A stretch of 64,000 nt of DNA from Fimbriimonadia bacterium (GCA_041483895.1 JBGPGO010000005.1:1-64000); one strand, 5' to 3'; positions 26,709 through 41,224 are shown, numbered from the stretch's first letter. Notes: generated from the sequence alone by a model not told the origin. Numbers and translations are program-made.

Positions 26709-27893
26709 ATGCTTCGGTCCCACGTCTTTCTGGCGTTGCTGGTCGCGACGACTTTCCTGCTGATGGTGGCAACCATCGTCCAGGCCGGGACGCTGATTTT
26801 CATGGCGACCACCTTCTTGGTCCTGATGGTCGTCGCGAAACTCCAGGCGACGATGGCGCTCCGCTGGCTGGGCCTTCGGCGGATTGCCCCGGATGTGGCG
26901 ACCGTCGGCGACACGGTGTCGATTCGATATCTGATCAACAGCTCCAGCCGAATCAAGAGCCCGCTCGTGCGATTGGAAGAAACCTACGAAGATCCTTCGT
27001 GGATGGACCAGGTAACGGAGGTCGCGCCGTTCTCGCCCCCGCCCGAAGGCTCCATCGAGGTCGAGTACAGCTTCGTGCCCAAGCGGCGAGGACTGCACTA
27101 TCCATCGGAAGTATCCCTCCTGGCGGCGGATTCTTTGGGGATCGTTTACAAGAACAAGAGATTCCCGACGGCGCGCGAACCGCTGCTGGTGCTCCCAAAG
27201 CCGGAAGCGGTGGCGCTGGATGTGAGTACGGCTTTTGGATGGGGAATATCGGAAGCGGAATCCGGGAGGTCGGATGGGAGCGGCGTGGAGCCGCGCGGTG
27301 TTCGGGAATACATGCCGGGAGACAGTCTGCGTCACATTCATTGGCGCACTAGCGCGCGCATGCCAACGTTGCAGGTAAAGCAGTTTGAGGCCGGACACAT
27401 GGCGCAAGTGATCCTGATCTTGGATACGCGATCGCCGCTCATCGGATCGGACGCCGATCCGGTGTTGGAGAAGGCCATTCGCAACGTCGCCTTCGTGGCG
27501 CAAGAGATGTCGCGCACCGGGACGGCCGTGCAGCTTCTCGGCCAGGGAATCTCGGGACTGGCGGTCGAGCCGGGACGCGGGATGAGGCACTACCAATCCA
27601 TCTTGGAAGCGCTCGCGGCAGTGCCCACTACTCGCGGCCAGACAATCGGCGACTACACGCTGCAGGAGCTATCACGAATTCCTTCCCACTCAGCGGTTTA
27701 TTGGTTTTCTTCCGACACGGCCAGCCTCGTAGCGGCGGCACGTGCGCTCAAGGGAAGATCGTGCCTGAACCATCTCTACCAGTACGCAAAGGAAGGCTCT
27801 ATGTCGGCGGAAGGCACGCGATCGGAATTGGCGAAGCTCGGCGTCCGAATCACCGACGTATTCGTCGCTTCTGAATTGGAGGCGGTATCGTGA
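26709..27893 (+). CDS. DUF58 domain protein
   Basis: VREYMPGDSLRHIHWRTSAR; follows MoxR. Confidence 0.88.
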   Translation: MLRSHVFLALLVATTFLLMVATIVQAGTLIFMATTFLVLMVVAKLQATMALRWLGLRRIAPDVATVGDTVSIRYLINSSSRIKSPLVRLEETYEDPSWMDQVTEVAPFSPPPEGSIEVEYSFVPKRRGLHYPSEVSLLAADSLGIVYKNKRFPTAREPLLVLPKPEAVALDVSTAFGWGISEAESGRSDGSGVEPRGVREYMPGDSLRHIHWRTSARMPTLQVKQFEAGHMAQVILILDTRSPLIGSDADPVLEKAIRNVAFVAQEMSRTGTAVQLLGQGISGLAVEPGRGMRHYQSILEALAAVPTTRGQTIGDYTLQELSRIPSHSAVYWFSSDTASLVAAARALKGRSCLNHLYQYAKEGSMSAEGTRSELAKLGVRITDVFVASELEAVS

Positions 27894-29911
27894 ACCGCGC
27901 CGATGCCCGATCGGAGACCGTCGCCCGACTGCCCGACTACGTTGCGTGCGCGATAGCGACCTGCGCGGCCATCCAGGCATACACGACGACCTACGAGATG
28001 GAGCCAATCGGCAAGGCCTTCATGCTGTTGTCCTTGTTGGGGATGGTGTTCAGTTACTTGATGCGATTTTCCGTGCAGGGGACGCAATGGGTCTATGTCG
28101 GCTCTTGGATTGGCGGCGGATTGGCGCTCATCGGCTGGCTGTTTCCCTACTCCCTTTCGGAGGTCTTGTCATCCGGTATCGGCGAGCGGATGGCGGTCGG
28201 CGGCAGCGTGGCTTGGCTGATGGTGCTCCGCACCCCGGCGCTCTGGTCCGATTCCGATCTGCTGTTCCAAGCGGTTCCCTGCATGGCGCTTTTCGGCCTG
28301 TCGGCGACACAATCCACGGAGCTGAGCCTGCTGTTGCTTTTCATTACGTTCTTGATTGCCGTCGCCTTCCTTCTTGCCCGTCAGCATCAGAGAACGCTTC
28401 TTGGATCGCTTAGTCCCGAGAAGGCCAAATCGATCAGCTTGGCGACGGCGGGGCCAACCTTCGGCTTAACGGTTGCGGCTATTGCGATTGCGACAAGCTT
28501 TCTGCTAACGCCGATTGTCCAGACCGGCATGGAACGGCTTCTCTCGCCGCTCCTTCTGGCAACCGCAAACCGTCAGAATACCGCCACGGGGGGAGAGAGG
28601 TTCAACGGAGAGCCGGAGTTGGAAGTCGGGTCCGGCGGACATGCGGACACCAATGTTTTAGTATTTCGCGTGAAGTCCGATCGACCGGTGTATCTTCGCG
28701 AAAAGACCTTCTCCCAGTACACGGGAAAGGGATGGAACAGCACGGCAAACGGCACCCAACAGGTACCGGGTGTCCCCGAGACCGGCGGGGCATCGTTCAT
28801 ACTGACCAATCCGCAACCGCCGGTGGGCTTCGACCATCGGGAGCGCGTCGAACAGACCATCAGCGTGATGAGCGGACAGCATGAATACCTGCTCACGGCA
28901 TCGGAACCGATCGAGGTGCATGCCAATCAGCGGGCCCTCCTCTACTATCCGAACAACTTCATCGCACTGGAGCATCACTTGCGGCGAGGAGATGTGTACC
29001 GGGTCTATTCAAAGGTCCCGACCGAGAATCCCAGAGAATTGATGCAAGATTCCAAGTCAACCGTCAGACCGAATTACATCCGTCTGCCGCCAAAAACCGA
29101 ACGGCGGATTTACGATCTGGCGGTGGAACTGACGGCAGGAGTCAATACGGATTATGAAAAGGTCGAACGGCTTCGCAAATACATATCCAGCGAGTGCATG
29201 TACAGCCTTTCCGAACCGGCCATGGAGTCCAACGATCGTACAGCCGAGTTCCTGTTCGATCGCAAAAAAGGATATTGTGATTCGTTTGCCACCGCGCTGG
29301 CGGTGTTGTGCCGAGAGATCAGCATTCCCGCCCGCGTGGTTCGTGGTTATGCTCCGGGAGAATGGGATCGGGAGACGGGCGCCTATCTCGTGCGCGAAAA
29401 GCACTATCACCTCTGGACGGAGGTCAGATTTGAGAACGCCGGCTGGGTGACGTTCGATGCGACGGAAGGCGCGCGGGCAGTGCAATCGGCAGCCAGCGCG
29501 ATTGCGGATGACGACGCCGCGACCAGCTTCTGGCGATCGCCATGGGTGACGGTTTTTCTCGATATGGCAATCGGGGTCGTCGCACTGTACTTGGCGTATG
29601 TTTGGTGGAGGATGCGGATTGCCGATCCCCAGCGCATATCCGACCGATATGCGATCGCCCGCATCTATCGAGAGTTCATGGGCCAGATCAATCGCCGCGG
29701 GCTGCCAACGCGGCTGCCGCACGAGACCCCGATGGAGCACCTTTCCGCCGTGCTCCCCCACCTGCCCACGCCTGCCCAGCAGCATGCACAGGCCATTGTC
29801 GAGACAGTTTCTCGCGGGCTGTTTGGCTCGCGATTGGATCAAACCACAGTAGACGGACTGCAGTCCCTGTTGGCCGCTTGGCGTAAGGACCTCAAGGGAT
29901 TGCCATCGTGA
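27890..29911 (+). CDS. membrane transglutaminase-like protein (TgpA type)
   Basis: N-terminal TM helices, GYCDSFATALAVLCREISIPAR, HLWTEV, WVTFDAT. Confidence 0.88.
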   Translation: MNRADARSETVARLPDYVACAIATCAAIQAYTTTYEMEPIGKAFMLLSLLGMVFSYLMRFSVQGTQWVYVGSWIGGGLALIGWLFPYSLSEVLSSGIGERMAVGGSVAWLMVLRTPALWSDSDLLFQAVPCMALFGLSATQSTELSLLLLFITFLIAVAFLLARQHQRTLLGSLSPEKAKSISLATAGPTFGLTVAAIAIATSFLLTPIVQTGMERLLSPLLLATANRQNTATGGERFNGEPELEVGSGGHADTNVLVFRVKSDRPVYLREKTFSQYTGKGWNSTANGTQQVPGVPETGGASFILTNPQPPVGFDHRERVEQTISVMSGQHEYLLTASEPIEVHANQRALLYYPNNFIALEHHLRRGDVYRVYSKVPTENPRELMQDSKSTVRPNYIRLPPKTERRIYDLAVELTAGVNTDYEKVERLRKYISSECMYSLSEPAMESNDRTAEFLFDRKKGYCDSFATALAVLCREISIPARVVRGYAPGEWDRETGAYLVREKHYHLWTEVRFENAGWVTFDATEGARAVQSAASAIADDDAATSFWRSPWVTVFLDMAIGVVALYLAYVWWRMRIADPQRISDRYAIARIYREFMGQINRRGLPTRLPHETPMEHLSAVLPHLPTPAQQHAQAIVETVSRGLFGSRLDQTTVDGLQSLLAAWRKDLKGLPS

Positions 29912-31005
29912 CGCCGGTTGGGAAGTTTGCGCCCATGGCCGACAACCTGCGGCGTTGCTACCTTTTTGTTGGGAACGATTCGAGTGCGATCGCCTCGGCG
30001 TTGCATCGCGTCAAGATTGCCGCGCTGGGTGACGAGGACAGCGCGGAGGCGGAGCGTTTCGACTCATCCGATGGGGTGACCGCGCGGCTCATGGCATCGG
30101 CCGCGACGCCGGCCTTTTTCGGGCCGCGCCGATTTGTGGCTCTTCGCAACGCGCTCGCTCTGTCGTCGGAAGAGATGGACCGTATGATAGAGTCTCTTCC
30201 CTCCCTACCCGATTACGCCTGCGTCGCCATCACCGCCGAAGAAAATCGCGATGCGGACTTTCGGCAGGAGGCGCGGTCGGATGCGAAGGCCAAGAAGCTG
30301 CAAGAGACGGTGCAGAAAATCGGCGAGGTGATAAACTGCAACGCCCCGACAGCGGCGGCGGGCCGGGATGAGCTGATCAACTACGCTGGAGCCAAGAACG
30401 TGAAGTTGCCGAAGCAGGCGGCGGCGCTATTGTGGGGGCTTTGCCAAGAGGACTTCGTGGACGCTCGAGGTGAGCTGGACAAACTGATCGATTTTGTTGG
30501 TTTGGCGGAAGAGGTGACGGAGGAGGATATACGGACCTGCGTGCAAGGAACCAGTTCGGCGCGAATTTTTGGGTTCATTGACGCTGTGACCGAGGGAAAG
30601 GTCGGCGAGGCGCTCACCCAGCTCGATGCGCTCTTGGATTCTCGGCCGAAGGATGACGAAGTTGTGTTTTTGACCATTTTGCCGCAGCTGGGCCGGCAGT
30701 ATCGGTTGTTGTGGCAGGCGCGGGCGCTCGTGGAAGATGGGGTCGCGGCGGGCAATTGGAAGGAATTGGCGAAGGACGCTCGGCTGCCCAAGGAGCACAA
30801 CTTGGGTGCGGCGGTGGCGCGGACGGAGTTTTTATCGAAAAAGTACGATCGTCTGGCGCGGAGCTATTCGTTGCGAAGACTGGTGGAGGCGATGGACATG
30901 CTCGCGCGAGCGGACATGGCGATGAAGGGGATGGCGCCGGGTCTGGATGCGCGGGAGATCATGACGCGCATGACTTTGGACCTGTGCGGTTTGGCGAAGC
31001 GGTAG
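29908..31005 (+). CDS. holA: DNA polymerase III subunit delta
   Basis: YLFVG, TPAFFGPRRFV, ELDKL, IFGFIDAV, LARADMAMKG. Confidence 0.8.
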   Translation: MTPVGKFAPMADNLRRCYLFVGNDSSAIASALHRVKIAALGDEDSAEAERFDSSDGVTARLMASAATPAFFGPRRFVALRNALALSSEEMDRMIESLPSLPDYACVAITAEENRDADFRQEARSDAKAKKLQETVQKIGEVINCNAPTAAAGRDELINYAGAKNVKLPKQAAALLWGLCQEDFVDARGELDKLIDFVGLAEEVTEEDIRTCVQGTSSARIFGFIDAVTEGKVGEALTQLDALLDSRPKDDEVVFLTILPQLGRQYRLLWQARALVEDGVAAGNWKELAKDARLPKEHNLGAAVARTEFLSKKYDRLARSYSLRRLVEAMDMLARADMAMKGMAPGLDAREIMTRMTLDLCGLAKR

Positions 31006-31015
31006 AATCCGTTTC

Positions 31016-31474
31016 GTGATATCTTCTTCTGACGCAGCTCTTGTTCTGGCGGACATCGATGCCGCGCTTTCCGCGGTTTCCGACCAGGAAACCGCAGCCC
31101 GGCTGGCGGTTGAGCGTTTGAGCCGGCTTCCCCATTTCAATTGGGTCGGCGTTTATTGGCTCGTCGGGGATGAGCTGGTTTTGGGACCTTATGTCGGCGC
31201 GCCGACGGACCACACGCGCATCCCTGTTGGTCGCGGAGTATGCGGGACGGCGGTGGCAGAGAACGCCAACCAGATTGTGTCAGATGTGCGGGAATTGGGC
31301 AACTACCTGGCGTGCAGCCTGGAGACGAGGTCGGAGATTGTGGTTCTTATTCGCGATGCAGGCGGCGGCATCATCGGGCAGATCGATGTGGATGGGCATC
31401 AGGTCGGAGCGTTTGACGGATCGGACGAATCAGTCTTATCGGAAGTGGCCTCTCGAATCAGTTCCTTTCATTGA
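31016..31474 (+). CDS. GAF-domain protein (fRMsr/MsrC-like)
   Basis: NWVGVY, LGPYVG, GRGVCGTA, YLACSLETRSEIVV, QIDVD. Confidence 0.85.
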   Translation: MISSSDAALVLADIDAALSAVSDQETAARLAVERLSRLPHFNWVGVYWLVGDELVLGPYVGAPTDHTRIPVGRGVCGTAVAENANQIVSDVRELGNYLACSLETRSEIVVLIRDAGGGIIGQIDVDGHQVGAFDGSDESVLSEVASRISSFH

Positions 31475-31564
31475 CGATCGCATCGTCAAAAACACATGTT
31501 TTCCGGGGGTTGACGATGCGATCATCAATGAAATTTAATTGGTGGTTGACGATGCGATCATCAA
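31471..31564. repeat. three family G palindromes
   Basis: TTGACGATCGCATCGTCAA (31471, contains the GAF stop) and TTGACGATGCGATCATCAA (31510, 31546). Confidence 0.75.
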
Positions 31565-31570
31565 TTAAAA

Positions 31571-32182
31571 TTAATGAAAACTAGTTTCGGGAGCGGAAAG
31601 TTGGATGCCAACTGCCTGACGCAATTCCCCGGTGATGGCGATCCCGAGGCGAGTGTTCGTCACGGACCCAAAACGGATCTGATCGGACAGCGTGAGACGG
31701 ACGGAATCGCCCACGATGACCTCCCCCGAAAGGAAGACGCCAACACCGGAACGAGCCACATTGATCAGTTCCCCGCATGCAATCTGGCTCGTCCGTTCGT
31801 TGAGTACCAGAGTCTTCGCGGTTGCCGCTCCGCGATACTCCGATCGCCGGTTGTTACGCAGCATTGTCCTTCGGTATCGGCGACGCAGGAACTCCGAAAG
31901 CCGAGCGGGATCGAACGGCTTTTGGATCCACAGATGGGGCCTCTGCAGATCGTCCCGCACGGACATCTCGATCACCGTGACCTCCGGGTCGAAGCGAGAG
32001 TGGGTCGGTTCGAGCCCCGAGTCCAGGAGTACGACATGCACGTCCTCCTGGACCGAGACTCTTACCGCAGCACTCACCGAAGGGACAGTAAAGACTTCAA
32101 AATCGTGGAGCCGCAGGCCAACTTCCAACACGCGCCGGACGGCGTCGTCGGCCTCGGCAAGGACCAGCTTCACAGCACACAT
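31571..32182 (-). CDS. receiver-domain + PilZ-like protein
   Basis: LAEADD..VVLLD..IQKPFD receiver; RRSEYR and NVARSG PilZ-like motifs. Confidence 0.65.
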   Translation of the reverse strand: MCAVKLVLAEADDAVRRVLEVGLRLHDFEVFTVPSVSAAVRVSVQEDVHVVLLDSGLEPTHSRFDPEVTVIEMSVRDDLQRPHLWIQKPFDPARLSEFLRRRYRRTMLRNNRRSEYRGAATAKTLVLNERTSQIACGELINVARSGVGVFLSGEVIVGDSVRLTLSDQIRFGSVTNTRLGIAITGELRQAVGIQLSAPETSFH

Positions 32183-32491
32183 ACAGCACTCCTATGGAGC
32201 CGAAGACGCATGGAGACAGCAGGTCAGTCGTGGGAGTTGATCCCTTTCGCTTTTCGCCAATCAATCCAAGCGTGCCTCGGCACGAACTCAATCCCTATGC
32301 GGTCCTTTTCGGGTCGCTGCCCGGACCGTCGCTGAACTCGTTTGAAGCAGAATGTGTGCCACTGAATTAGAAGCTGCCTAGATTTAGAGCAATCCGCGTA
32401 GAATCACACGGAACAATAGGAGAATTCTTACGTCTGTCGACAAATCTCATGACATTCTTTGGGGCATTTCTCGGACCATAATGGAGTTGCT

Positions 32492-33400
32492 ATGAAAGAA
32501 CTAATGAAGATAGTGGTCGGCTACGACGGATCGGATTGCTCGGAAGCGGCCCTGATCGACCTCGGCCGGGCAGGGCTTCCGGAAACGGGCGAGGCGGTGA
32601 TCGTCAATGCCGCCGACATCTGGCCATCCTATTATGACGAGGAGCCGCCAACTGACAAAATTCGAATCGGTGACGAGGCATTTGCCTTTGTCGAAGAGGC
32701 GGTTGATCTGGCGGAAACCGCCAAGACCAAGCTCCAGGCCGTGTTGCCGCATTGGAAGATCACACCAATTGGCTCCGGAAAAGGACCGGGACCGGCCCTG
32801 ATCGACCGGGCGGACAAAGTGGATGCGGACCTGATCGTGGTCGGTTCGCATGGAAAGTCGGCGCTCAGCACCCTGTTCATGGGCAGCGTATCGCAAATGG
32901 TCCTGCATGAGTCTGGAAGGTCTGTGCGAATTGCCAGGGGCCTGAAAGATGCCTACGGCCCACCAAAGCTGATTGTAGGCGTGGACGGCTCGAAAGACTC
33001 TGACGCCGCCTTGGAAGCCCTATCAGCGAGACGCTGGCCGGAGGGAACCCTCGTCAAAGCAATGTGCGCCATCGACATCAAGATGTCCCTCATTGTTTCC
33101 AGCCCGTTGCCGCAGGTGGCGGTATGGACGGACCCATACGACAAGGACCACCACGCCGCCATGCGCCGCATCGTCGAGGCGGGGGCGGAAAGGCTGCGCG
33201 CCGGAGGTCTGACGCCGAAAGCCATGGTGATCGACGGGTCGCCAACGGCCGTGCTCGTCGAGGAGGCCCGGAATTGGGGCGCGGACTGCATCTTCCTTGG
33301 CGCGAAAGGGCTGGGAGCGTTCGACCGGTTCCTGATGGGCAGCGTTTCCTCCGCCGTCGCGGCGCGGGCGCCGTGTTCCGTCGAGGTTATTCGATCCTAA
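32492..33400 (+). CDS. universal stress protein, two Usp domains
   Basis: IVVGYDGS, DLIVVGSHG, MGSVS twice, APCSVEV. Confidence 0.9.
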   Translation: MKELMKIVVGYDGSDCSEAALIDLGRAGLPETGEAVIVNAADIWPSYYDEEPPTDKIRIGDEAFAFVEEAVDLAETAKTKLQAVLPHWKITPIGSGKGPGPALIDRADKVDADLIVVGSHGKSALSTLFMGSVSQMVLHESGRSVRIARGLKDAYGPPKLIVGVDGSKDSDAALEALSARRWPEGTLVKAMCAIDIKMSLIVSSPLPQVAVWTDPYDKDHHAAMRRIVEAGAERLRAGGLTPKAMVIDGSPTAVLVEEARNWGADCIFLGAKGLGAFDRFLMGSVSSAVAARAPCSVEVIRS

Positions 33401-33487
33401 AAAACGTACTGGCACAATTGGGAATCTAGTGGTATTATGGCTGGGTACACCTTTACTTTATTTTTGTTTGCCTAATCTGGAGTAAAA

Positions 33488-34585
33488 ATGAATATTTGCC
33501 TGAAAGGGCTGCTGGGTACAGCGGTCGCTGTGGTAGCGACGTGTTCCCAGGCTCAATTCTCTGTTGCTTCGTTTGAGTGGCTTGGTACGCTGGGTGGCAC
33601 GGAAAGCTTCGCATTTGGCGTAAATTCCTTTGGAAAAACCACCGGTTGGTCGCTCAATTCCTCGCTCGCTACTCGCGCCTTTTTCTACGATTCCGCTATG
33701 TCTTCCCTGCCCCTCCTGGCCGGTTGGAACTCGGCTGAAGGGCATGACATCAACGACCAGGACTGGATTGTCGGGTCGGCGTCCACCGCAGCCGGAACCG
33801 TATCCTTCATGTACCAGCTCGGCACGCCGACGGAACTGACCGGAATTTCCGGCGCGACCGATATGACCGCTTGGGGATTGAACAGCGCCGGGACCGTCGT
33901 GGGGAGCGCGACGTTTGCCTCGGGGGATCGGGCGTTCATTCATTCCGGCGGTATCGGCCAGATTTTGGGGCCGCTGCCCGGCGGCAATACTCGGTACGCG
34001 GGGGACATCAACGATTCCGGATGGATCGCCGGCAGCGGCATCGTGTCCACCGACATTGGGCCGCGCGAACGGGCGTTTCGCTATAACGGAACGGATTATG
34101 AAATCGTGCCGATCGTGGACGGATATGCCAGCGCGGTCGGAAAACGATTGAACGCGGCGGGCGACGAGGTCGGTTTCATGAAGTCCCTGGACGCTGTCAC
34201 GACGCACGCATTCTTTTACGGCAGCGGGGGATTGGTCGAAATCAGCACCTTCGGCGGGCTGGTGAGCGTTGCGAACGGGATTAGCGAGAAAGGCTTTGTG
34301 GTCGGGTCGGCGAAGAAGGCCGACAAATTCGACCGTGCCTTCATTTGGGACGCCGGCACGCTGACCGATCTCAACGTCCTTGTGTCTTCGTACCTGGCGC
34401 CCGGCAGTTCGCTGAAGGATGCGCAGGATATCCAGGGCAATTGGATTGTCGGCAACGGCTACAACTCGGTTTCGAAGCGCAATGAAGGCTGGCGCATCCA
34501 ACTCGTTCCGGAACCAATGGCGGTGATTGCCTTTGCGATAGGACTGATGGGAGCACTCCGGCGCAGGCAGAGGGAACGGCGGTAG
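33488..34585 (+). CDS. PEP-CTERM protein with HAF-type repeats
   Basis: LGTLGGTESFAFGVN, HAFFY, RAFIW; C-terminal VPEP + TM + RRR. Confidence 0.85.
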   Translation: MNICLKGLLGTAVAVVATCSQAQFSVASFEWLGTLGGTESFAFGVNSFGKTTGWSLNSSLATRAFFYDSAMSSLPLLAGWNSAEGHDINDQDWIVGSASTAAGTVSFMYQLGTPTELTGISGATDMTAWGLNSAGTVVGSATFASGDRAFIHSGGIGQILGPLPGGNTRYAGDINDSGWIAGSGIVSTDIGPRERAFRYNGTDYEIVPIVDGYASAVGKRLNAAGDEVGFMKSLDAVTTHAFFYGSGGLVEISTFGGLVSVANGISEKGFVVGSAKKADKFDRAFIWDAGTLTDLNVLVSSYLAPGSSLKDAQDIQGNWIVGNGYNSVSKRNEGWRIQLVPEPMAVIAFAIGLMGALRRRQRERR

Positions 34586-34816
34586 GTCCTCGCCCTATTA
34601 GATGGAAACAAATTTCGAGGAGGACCGCATGGCCCCTCGGAAACCGCGTTTGCTGTTCGTCCCGAAGGAATTGGGGATGAAATATGTCTCCGTTCCCATC
34701 CAGGCATGGCAGACTTTATCCCCCTGCTTTGCGGAAGTGGCTGAGAAAGGGGGGGGGGTTCAATCGCTTCGCTCCTTCGGAATGACGACGTGGGCGCCCT
34801 TCGCGTACGGTGAACT

Positions 34817-35509
34817 TCAATCGCCGAAAGCAACCTTCGATCCATCCGCGAGGGTCATCTTGCACTCACGAATTACATAATCATGACTGAAGCGTATGAG
34901 GGAGCGAATGTCACTGAACGTGAGTTTGATCCGTCGAATTAGCCGGTTCTTCTCATCGACCCAAATTTTCCCGCCTAGATTCTGCACGCCTGTATTATAA
35001 AGCAATTCTGGCACACCGAATACATCACAAACGGCTCCATTGAGAGTCTCGCTGCCTTGGTATGTCGCATGAGATAACTGGAACGATTCCACGACCGAAT
35101 AGACATGCATGTCGGGATCGAGGAACGGCAAAACGACGGACAGAGCGTTTGCGCTGGTCTCTTCTGACGAAAGAGACTTGTGAGGTCGCGCTCCGTGAGA
35201 CTGCCGCACAAATATCGTGTGAAAGTCCTCGCGGGATGTGGGGGTCGACCGATCCATCTGGTAGAGCTCATCCCACTCATCCCACGAAACGGTAAAGGTG
35301 CCGACATCGCAATAGTTGGTCGCTGAATCATATAACTGAAGCGTTTGGCTGACCAGCCTCTTGCCAACTGGGGCATTCGACAAAATGGCCGACCAATCGG
35401 TTGGCACTTGAAAGGTCTGCCATAGTGCATGTTGGACGTCGCCACGGGCTGCCAGAGCGACCGCCGCGAACATCGCTGCAGACATGAATAGTATTGCCGT
35501 TTGTTTCAT
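34817..35509 (-). CDS. secreted hypothetical protein (LolA/DUF2092-like fold possible)
   Basis: signal peptide; GSETLNGAVCDV, KIWVDEKNRLIRR. Confidence 0.55.
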   Translation of the reverse strand: MKQTAILFMSAAMFAAVALAARGDVQHALWQTFQVPTDWSAILSNAPVGKRLVSQTLQLYDSATNYCDVGTFTVSWDEWDELYQMDRSTPTSREDFHTIFVRQSHGARPHKSLSSEETSANALSVVLPFLDPDMHVYSVVESFQLSHATYQGSETLNGAVCDVFGVPELLYNTGVQNLGGKIWVDEKNRLIRRIKLTFSDIRSLIRFSHDYVIRECKMTLADGSKVAFGD

Positions 35510-35537
35510 CGCGCTTGACCCCTCCAGAGGATTGAAC

Positions 35538-36925
35538 TCATGGACTTAGTTCCGGGCTGGTGTCGGTCCCCTTCGTCGATTCGCATACAAGGCGGAGCCG
35601 CTTACCTTGCGTGAGGGCGAAGGCGGTGCTGAGGAAACCCATACCCTCCAACACATTGGCATCAAGGACCTTGGTGTCGCCGGCGAATCCGACCAGGTGG
35701 ATATTGAGCTTCCATGTATCGCAATCCTTGCCGTCCAAATAGACTCTCACAACGCCGGAGTCAATTCGTTCGATGACCGTTTTTGCGCCTTGGGATGCCA
35801 GGCTCGAAGGTTCCCAGATAACCTTCCTTGAGGTTCCATCCTTGGCGGCAGTTGCCGGGGGTAGGGTCTTGCCATTCGCCAGGACATACTCGTTCGAATT
35901 CTCGTCCCAATGAATATCAAGCGCATTCATCTCAGTCACCATCTGTTCCCACGGCTTGGCGAATGCGGAATGGCCCGGAGACAAGCTGATATATCGCCCG
36001 CTAGGATAAACGTCGCCAAGCAAATGTAACATCTGTTCCTGAACCTTCTCAAGTAGACCGAAGTTCGATGATATAGTACTATCAGTCCTTAGTTTCTCAA
36101 CTATCTCCCACGGCATGTCAGTAGGGCGAAGAGGTATTGTTCGCATTTTCCCGATTTTCATCAAGCGATCAAGCAATAAAAACACTGCATGACGAATCGG
36201 CATGCCGAAAATCGAATGAGGAGGTATCGGGGACAATGGGATGCCGTCAACGAGATAGTAGGGGTAGTACGGCACTTGTTGAGGGTCTGCCGGTATCTCA
36301 AACACCATGTTGACGGTGCACTCTGATGTGTTGCCTCCCAGTCGCAAGAACTCTCGCAAAATGGCGAGCCCCTGCGGCGCCCCCAAGGAAACGATCGCGT
36401 TCACTTCCTTGATGACGTCTATGGGATTGAAGTCACTGTACTCGCTGAATGGATGGCTATAACCACTCGGTTCTTGTCGATGCTTGCCACTAGAGGCGTG
36501 GAGGAATCTCAAGCCGCGACACATGGTCTGCTCGTCGATTGTTGCTGGTTGTGGCGCGTCCCAAGGGAAATGATGTTCCACCTTGCCATTTCCGTCGAAC
36601 CTAACGAGTCCAAGAATCGGGAAGTCGTCGGTCGGTATCGTTCCATACAGCCATTCGATCCCATTGGGCTTGCCGTCATATCGGCGCGCTTCTCGCTTCA
36701 AATCCGGCGTTCCGAGCAGCTTTGCGACTTGTTCTTTGGTCATGCCGTACTTGACCTGGTTCATCTGCGTTTGTAACCGCATTCGGATGCCCGGCTCGAT
36801 GCGCTCCGCAGGATTTTGCGGGACGGCAGCAAGCCTCGAAGGCGCCCCGGTCGTCTCCGGCGACCTTATTCCGCAACCAACACCGAAGGCAGTGAAAACA
36901 ATCGCCGGAATGGCAAAGTATAGTT

Positions 36926-36929
<4 letters not shown>
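35538..36929 (-). CDS. lipoprotein with SmpA/OmlA-like N-terminal domain
   Basis: lipobox-like VGC, VKYGMTKEQVAKLLGTPD..WLYG; ATGA coupled to upstream paralog. Confidence 0.65.
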
Positions 36930-40563
<3,634 letters not shown>

Positions 40564-40565
<2 letters not shown>

Positions 40566-40621
40566 CGTGGGTCTAGGTTCTAGTAGTTGTTTAAGAAAAT
40601 GGCAAACTGACCCACGGCTAC
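40564..40621. repeat. family C-like element
   Basis: AGCGTGGG-TCTAGG...AACTGA-CCCACGGCTAC, 39-nt core. Confidence 0.55.
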
Positions 40622-40862
40622 TCAAAATCGAATTACGTTATCAAACGGGTTTTTGCCTATCCCCGCATTTGTCCGCTTCGGGGGGACGCGACGGCGTGGT
40701 ACAACCGGGTGTCAGGGAAAGATAGATGCGCGGCGAAGCAGAGAAACTTGAAATGATTGTGAGGAGATAACTCGCCCAATGATAGGTGCAGGGGGCCGAG
40801 CCACCCCAAGGTAAGGAAGAATGAACTTGATTTGCCCTTGATGAAGCAAAGGTCAAGGGTTG

Positions 40863-40914
40863 AGGCGGACCCCTATGCGACCGGTCTCCCGACCGCGTCG
40901 CATGGGGTCCGCTT
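40863..40914. repeat. family A palindrome within an extended hairpin
   Basis: AGGCGGACCCC-TATGCGACCGGTCTCCCGACCGCGTCGCAT-GGGGTCCGCTT. Confidence 0.75.
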
Positions 40915-40936
40915 GTTATTTGGGGTAGAACAGGAC

Positions 40937-41224
40937 ATGCCCACGTATGTGGGGGTAGCCACCCTGGACATGGCGCTTCCCGCGACCCAATCCCTCAAGG
41001 ACAAACGCGCGATTGTGCGTAGCGGCATCGCCACGGTGCAGAACCGCTTCAAGGTCGCGGCGGCGGAAGTGGGAGCGCTCGGTACGTTTCGGCGGGCGGA
41101 GGTTGCCATTGCGGCGGTGGGAAACAATCGGGCTTCTTTGGAATCCCTATTGGATGGCGCGGTACGGCATTTGGAACGCGATCCCCGATGGATATTGGAA
41201 GGCGTGAGCGTGGAGTTTCTGTGA
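40937..41224 (+). CDS. DUF503 (YlxP-like) protein
   Basis: SLKDKRAIV, RFKVAAAEVG; usual position before rbfA. Confidence 0.85.
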   Translation: MPTYVGVATLDMALPATQSLKDKRAIVRSGIATVQNRFKVAAAEVGALGTFRRAEVAIAAVGNNRASLESLLDGAVRHLERDPRWILEGVSVEFL

